Assembly: GCF_006345805.1 (NCBI RefSeq)
Contig: NW_021825644.1
Location: 1 to 14,948 of the forward strand
Direction: 5' to 3'
Source of the DNA: Octopus sinensis
Lineage: Eukaryota
Length of the DNA: 14,948 nucleotides
Made by a program: the position numbers and the translations under genes. Shown here piece after piece: positions 9,341-14,948 of the stretch. Below the pieces are notes generated by a model that was not told the DNA's origin, ran no database searches, and was given only the letters and a program-made list of their open reading frames with translations. Position 1 is the first letter of the stretch. Every line of letters begins with the position of its first letter.

Positions 9341-10552
9341 ATTGCTGTTGTTGTTGTTTAATTCCAACTTAGCTCTCAATAAACTGATGTATATTATAAT
9401 GCTATATGATAATCTCCATCTACATCTTATTTCAAAAATTTCTTTTTTTTTTTTGCTAGTGTGGGATCAATTTGATTTCTTTAATTACTTGCATGGACGC
9501 ACCTAACCATTGGAGTTTCTTAAAAAGAAACCTTACTCTATCTCGTTAAGAGAATATTATTTGGAATTTTATTTGAAAACAATTGTTAACCTATCTTGTG
9601 TATTACAGAAGCATAACCAATGTAGTGCACATACATTTAAACAATAAAATCTTATGTGGACTATAAGGGCCATGTGAACCCTGGTAGACAAGCACTGGTT
9701 TAAAGTAAATTCGTCAAAGCTGCTCCGAGTTTATCTTTTACTGGTAACTTGTTTACCAAGTTCTCCACCTATTTTGCCCTTCATCTTTTTTGTGTTTTAT
9801 TGGATCCTCACGTTGTTGTTGACTGTTTGGTAGTTTTTATTCCGGGTATTAATTTCATCGTATAGTAATGTGAGAAAAAGCATTCCATCCGTAACCACCA
9901 CGGCATGTTCCTCTTGCATGTACTAGGTACCCGGAAGCACATTACCCAGCTCATTTAGTAATGGGAATTGAGAACGTCTGCTTGCTTCAAAAAGTAGCTT
10001 GATGAACCGCGACCACTTCTGGGTCAGAATTGTCTCTTATGGTGCTTTTGGGATTTGATGAGGGCACTCCAGCCAGTCTTGTTGCTTGATGATAAACAGA
10101 GTTTGTACAGATTTTCTTCTTTTTTGTTTTGTTTTTAGTACATCAGTCAATTGAATACCACTAACTTTTACGTTTTTATAATGTTAAGATTAAATGAAAT
10201 CTTTGATATTTTTCAGTAATGAAAATTGCTATAATTGTCTTGATGTCTCGCTGGTTATTAACAAATAATCACCTTTGATCAAGTTGTCTCGTGGCACATA
10301 TATAGTAAATTGAATAAGTATGTGCTAGCTCTACATTCATTGTCCCAGATATACATCACGTTCAATTTGTTTGCCGTCATACGTATATATATATATATAT
10401 ATACACACACATTACTTAAAGACAAAGAGACAACTAAATAAATAGATAGAGTTGTCAGTTCTGAATATCGATTAACAAAGATAAGATTTTATTTAGCGTA
10501 TGAATATTATGGTTCCTGATGTAGACATAATGCGAAGAGTTTTGGTGTAGAA

Positions 10553-10701
10553 GGGTTAATTATTGCCATCGATGATAGTACTTCGATTTTGAATCAGTTT
10601 CTCGATCCCTGGAGGGGGAGTGAATACAAATCTAACATGGGCTGAATTTGAATCCACTGGGTAAAAATCAGGAACGATTGTGCAAAGCATTTTTCGGCGT
10701 G
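10553..10701 (-). mobile_element. Highly degenerate SINE relic related to 2770-2986
   Basis: Forward strand ..CATCGATGATAGTACTT..TCGATCCC..GAATTTGAATCCA..GCAAAGCATTTTTCGGCGTG parallels ..GTCGACCCAAAT..ATCGATCTCGAAAGG..GGAATTTGGACTCAG..AAGAATTTCGCCCGTCGTG. Confidence 0.5.
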
Positions 10702-10703
10702 AA

Positions 10704-10855
10704 GTTGATTATATCAAAGTTAGTACTTCAGTGGTATCGAATTGTATTGAAACCAAAAGGATGAAACGTCGGATTGATATCAACAGTATCTAAACCCAGA
10801 AATTAAATAGCCGCTAAGCATGATATCCAACAGATTAAGGATTCCACCGGCTCAA
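10704..10855 (-). mobile_element. Second degenerate SINE relic of the same group, tandem to the first
   Basis: GTTGATTATATC..TAGTACTT..GTGGTA..AAAAGGATGAAA..AAACCCAGAA..GCCGCTAAGCAT..AAGGATTCCACCGGCTC follows the same motif order as the 2770 family. Confidence 0.5.
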
Positions 10856-11322
10856 CATTCTAAGCCTACCAAAGTCACGCAAAATTGTATTGCATATCGT
10901 TATTGTCTAATCCAACATGAAACCACCTGAAGCAGGTAGGTGTTCTAAGTCATATTCTATAGAAGCACATTTGGTAAGGTATTCTACGTCATGAGATCTT
11001 CCACAACAATTTCCCTTCTCGGTTGTGGTCTGCGTCAACAATTACTTCGATAAGAGTTTGGTGAGGACTCAAATAAATTGAAATGTGTATGATATAAGAA
11101 GAAAAAATGCAATAAATTGTGTATTACTTGTTTACTAAAATAAAGCCAACTTGCAAAAGAAGAACTTCGAAGTAAACCACAGGACAATTATAAAATTACG
11201 CACGTTTTAAGTGATCAACAATAGCAATATCATTACTGCGGTCGTTAGCCTTTTTTGTCTCACATCCAACACCACCATCCTCCCCACTATCATCATCATC
11301 ATCAGCGTCTTACTGGTGCTGT

Positions 11323-11710
11323 GTGGAGGCGCAATAGCCCAGTGGTTAGGGCAGCGGACTCGCGCTCGTAGGATCGCGTTTTCGATTCCCAGACCGTTCG
11401 TTGTGAGTGTTTATTGAGCGAAAACACCTAAAGCTCCACGAGGCTATGGCAGGGGATGGTGGTGATCCCTGCTGTACTCTTTCACCACAACTTTCTCTCA
11501 CTCTTACATCCTGTTTCTGTTGTACCTGTATTTCAAAGGGCCGGCCTTGTCACTCTCTGTGTCACGCTGAATATCCCCGAGAACTACGTTAAGGGTACAC
11601 GTGTCTGTGGAGTGTTCAGCCACTTACACGTTAATTTCACGAGCAGGCTGTTCCGTTGATTCGGATCAACCGGAACCCTCGCCGTCGTAACCGACGGAGT
11701 GCTTCCATCC
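11323..11710 (+). mobile_element. Full-length tRNA-derived SINE with 11-bp target-site duplication
   Basis: A-box TAGCCCAGTGG (11335-11345) and B-box-like GTTTTCGATTCC (11378-11389). TSD ACTGGTGCTGT at 11312-11322 and 11711-11721. Two 3' hairpins at 11650-11676 and 11682-11697. Head and core are shared with 616-1266. Confidence 0.93.
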
Positions 11711-11739
11711 ACTGGTGCTGTAGTTTTCACGTGTTGTAG

Positions 11740-11830
11740 TCGATGTCATCACCACCATCATCATCAACAATATCAACATCATTATCATCAACATCGTCAT
11801 CACCTTGGTCGCCATCATCATCACGTCGTC
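11740..11830. repeat. Degenerate (CAT/CAC/CAA)n trinucleotide repeat
   Basis: TCATCACCACCATCATCATCAACAATATCAACATCATTATCATC..; this is the source of the His-rich and Ser-rich ORFs. Confidence 0.85.
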
Positions 11831-12092
11831 CGCTTTCTCTTCATTATTTCCACCTCGTTTCCATCCTTCCCTTCTCTCCTTTTACGTCGCTATTATATTC
11901 ATCTTCGCTCTCACCATCACTAATACAGGCCGTAACACCTTCTTCAACCACCACAATCACCTTCACCGACAACAGACAGAAACAACACACAGATATTCCG
12001 GCAAGAGCAATAATGAGCGACTACAACGTGACTACGATTTTGATGATTAGATGATCAACCAAAATATTCGGTGGCACAAGTTAATATCTTGG

Positions 12093-12104
12093 CTTGACGT
12101 CAAG
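12093..12104. promoter_or_regulatory. Perfect 12-bp palindrome containing a full CRE (TGACGTCA)
   Basis: CTTGACGTCAAG. The core is the canonical CREB/ATF site; there is no evidence of function. Confidence 0.25.
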
Positions 12105-12479
12105 GCTGACCCAGTTAGACAAAGGATATACCGCACAGAATCCTCTTTCATAAATCACGTGAAGATGAGAAGCAAAGATTTCCCTTGTGAGATATTAGAC
12201 CTCAAACGAAAGACACAAAATTGCAAATTGTAAGGCAGCTATCTACTTCAATTTACATCATTTCACAAGGCTCCAACGTCTTTCGCCAATACTACACATA
12301 TGCACACGCATGTACACATGTGTGCGAGCATGCGCCGCATAGACACACGAACTGAGACACACAAGCGTATATGCAGGGAAAGACGTTCATTACTCTCTAC
12401 GTTAATTTATATTCAACGAAATTGCAAATACTCAATCATGAATTTGTGCCAGTGTATGCATATGCGTACGTGTTATTTT

Positions 12480-12484
<5 letters not shown>

Positions 12485-12564
<80 letters not shown>

Positions 12565-12715
12565 ATATATGTATATATGTGTGTATATATGTATGTATAT
12601 ATATATATATGTATATATGTGTGTGTATATATATATATATATGTATATATGTGTGTGTATATATATATATATGTATATATGTGTGTGTATATATATATAT
12701 ATATGTACGTACATA
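12485..12715. repeat. Compound (TA)n/(TG)n microsatellite
   Basis: Directly visible; includes a repeated GTATATATGTGTGTGTATATATATATATAT unit. Confidence 0.95.
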
Positions 12716-12849
12716 TAGACACATTTACATAAAGATGGAGAAAGACAGAAAGATGGAAATAGAGTGAGATAGATAGACAGAGATAGCTATATGTATGTAG
12801 ATATGTGTGTATGTATGCATGTATGTTTATGTATATGTGTATATTCACG

Positions 12850-12975
12850 GTTGTCCCAATGCGTGAGGAACAGTCTCGTCTGCGTTTCGGCTGCGGAATG
12901 GCTTTCATGATAGACTGTGTTTCATACAGAATTAACAAGCAAACTTGCATTCACATACATCGATATGTATGTATG

Positions 12976-13009
<34 letters not shown>

Positions 13010-13227
13010 ATATACGAAGTAACATACATACATACATACATACATACACGCACCAATACATATATGGACATGCATATATATATACGCATAATATATGTAT
13101 CTGTGTAAGTGTTTGTGCGCGCGTTTTCTGTTCGATGCTGTAGGCACCACGGTCCCTCTTGAAAAGCATTCTACGGCTGAAATGAATTATCACGCGCACG
13201 GTAATTTTCCTCACGAGACGGGACAAC
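12850..13227. mobile_element. Old foldback/MITE-like element: ~95-105-bp diverged inverted arms around a microsatellite spacer
   Basis: 12850-12944 aligns to the reverse complement of 13123-13227 at ~70% identity with one 10-bp gap (GTTGTCCC....CGTGAGGAA 17/21; TTTCGGCTGCGGAATGG..GACTGTG vs TTTCAGCCGTAGAATGC..GACCGTG 25/35). Confidence 0.7.
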
Positions 13228-13368
13228 AATATGGTGTACGTGCGCACGTGTGTTTATACATATATCATATACAGATATACCTATATCTGTCTAGGAATAT
13301 ATTTTTAAATCCATAACATTGACTGATTTGGCTAAGACATCTGTATTTAAACTATACATACATATATA

Positions 13369-13871
13369 TATGAAGAAAGGCTGAAGACGCTTAACCTTTA
13401 TACTCTAGAAAAACGACGACGCCGTGGTGATCTCATTCTCGCTCACAACATCCTAAGCGGAAAGTGTAACCTCTTGAAAGAGCTGCTCTTCACTCATGCT
13501 CCAGAGCGTAGGCTGCGGGGTCCCTCCGAAAATCTCTATCTGCGACGATTTCCTATTAATCGAAGGAGAGGGGCTTTCTCCTTCCGGGTTGCGGATCCGT
13601 GGAATAAGCTGCCGGACAAGATAATGAAGATGCCAACGACCGCTTGGTTCAAAGTTTCCCTTGACCAGAAATGGTCAGAACTCTTTGCATGAACACTCTC
13701 CCTGTACATAACTTCATGTCAACCTACATGGCCTTGTTTTTGATTTTTGAGCCAAAGACTCTCTTGACCAGAAAGAGCCTGAACTCTTTGCATGAACACT
13801 CTCCCTGTACATAACTCCATGTCCCCTACATGGCTTTGCTTTTGCTTTTTGAGCCAAAAAATTAACTTAAC
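13369..13871 (+). mobile_element. 5'-truncated CR1-type LINE with a tandemly duplicated 3' end
   Basis: 13369-13692 is open: YEERLKTLNLYTLEKRRRRGDLILAHNILSG..LRG..RRRGAFSFRVADPWNKLP..FKVSLDQKW..*, with the classic CR1 YEERL..L.L..LE.RR.RGDLI motif. The last ~103 bp occur twice (13650-13752, 13753-13854). It ends AAAAATTAACTTAACT and has (TA)n on both flanks. Confidence 0.93.
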
Positions 13872-14389
13872 TATATATATATATGCTTTGACATCCGTTT
13901 TGTAAAGATTCCTTTCATAACAATTTTTGTCTATACCGAGGTGATGAAGAATTCATTCCGCAAACTTAAATTTGTGAACGGATTGAATTTGATATTGAAT
14001 TTGTTTGCTTCATTTCCTGGGTGCATTCTTTGAAAATGAATATACGAAAACGGACATGAAACGAAGTATGACATTTCCTTGGTAAAATAATACCCGAAAA
14101 ATTATACAGTTACATCCATTATTTCCTTCTCGTAGCGGACAAATTATTTTAGTCAATATTCAATATAGCTTGAAATAATTCTCAAACTATAGTCTGAAAC
14201 TATAGTATTCAAAGGTAAGAATGGTTATAAAAGGTAAAGATGAGAATGAACCACTTATGTATACAATGCTGTAAAAGAAAATAAGGTTGGAGAAATCTAT
14301 GTATATAAAACTCAACTTGTGCGTCTGTGTGTTTAACTTTTGGATCTACCAAGTTTCATTATTAAGGATGAAGAGTAGTGTGTAGCAAA

Positions 14390-14783
14390 TGTATATATAT
14401 ATATAAGGCTGAAGTTGTTTGTGTGTGGCAAGTTTGGTAGCCTTCAACTAACACTATATCCTTCGAGACCCTGCAGCTCAAGTTAACCAAAATTGAGAGT
14501 ATGATAGAAGAAGGCTTGCTCTTCATTCCGTAGAACAAAAACTTCAAGTCGGACCATGTTAACACCAAAAATTATTTACATCAAAAAGGTGCTTTTTTTT
14601 TTCTATGAAAATACCTATTTTTTAAAGATTTTTGACTGCTGTATCACCATTTTTTGGTGTATTTCAACTAGAAAAATGTTCACTTGAAGAGAATAAGTTG
14701 CATGATGCAAATTTTTTACTTTTCAAAAATTCTAATTCAAAAGGGTCGAAACAAACCGAAGCAACACCGGGTAATATTGCTAG
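14390..14783 (+). mobile_element. Non-autonomous Helitron
   Basis: It ends CCGAAGCAACACCGGG-TAATATTG-CTAG|T, a degenerate subterminal GCAACGCCGGG-type hairpin followed by CTAG. It begins A|TGTATATATATATATAAGGCTGAAGTTG, a TC-type 5' end with a C>G change. It sits between A (14389) and T (14784) with no TSD. Confidence 0.72.
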
Positions 14784-14948
14784 TAATACATAAAATAGTC
14801 TAAATCATAGATCACTCTTAATTCGATTCTGATATATTACGGTAATATATTTAAAGCTGTTAGCTTAAAATTAGTTCAATGTTTGAGGGGACTTAGCTTT
14901 CTTGTTTCAAAATATGCCGTGAGATTTGATAAGAAAGAAGAGCAGAAA

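Noticed and set aside
9660-10110. Non-repetitive, less AT-rich block as a coding exon
   Set aside because: The frames I translated on both strands are interrupted by stops and show no recognisable motif.
10917-10979. ATG..GCAG|gtaggt followed by an 11-nt micro-exon
   Set aside because: The implied intron is only 27 nt, too short to splice, and nothing else supports it.
11323-11400. tRNA gene (also at 2046, 2986, 6148 and 1266)
   Set aside because: A/B boxes are present, but I cannot fold a full cloverleaf and each runs directly into SINE body sequence.
11699-12050. His-rich and Ser/Thr-rich ORFs
   Set aside because: They derive from degenerate (CAT)n/(CAC)n repeats.
14136-14214. 79-nt segment with a strong acceptor (ttccttctcgtag) and donor (AAG|gtaaga)
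   Set aside because: It has stop codons in all three frames; a non-coding exon cannot be supported without RNA data.
1-14948. Hammerhead ribozyme or Penelope-like element
   Set aside because: A by-eye scan found no CTGATGA..GAAA core in a suitable stem context; an Infernal search would be needed to exclude it formally.

Overview
This is AT-rich eukaryotic non-coding DNA (intron or intergenic), dense in (TA)n/(TG)n/(CA)n microsatellites and transposable-element debris. The tRNA-derived SINE families and microsatellite load point to an octopus (coleoid cephalopod) genome; this is an inference from remembered repeat families, not a database search. I found no confidently supported host protein-coding exon, and nearly all ORFs in the track are microsatellite or antisense-SINE artefacts. 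Supported content: seven SINE copies from three tRNA-headed groups, three 5'-truncated CR1/L2-group LINE 3' ends, a non-autonomous Helitron, and one or two unclassified repeats. The most notable structure is a ~94%-identical, ~210-bp-arm inverted duplication (6567-7136) that joins a SINE tail to its partner LINE tail. Others are a shared, sequence-varying 3' stem-loop linking that SINE and LINE, a CR1 fragment inserted into a SINE B-box with a 6-bp TSD, two SINEs with the same head and different tails, and an old ~100-bp-arm foldback element (12850-13227). I do not see evidence for a new protein-based biological system; the interest here is TE and genome-structure biology. All alignments and counts were done by hand.
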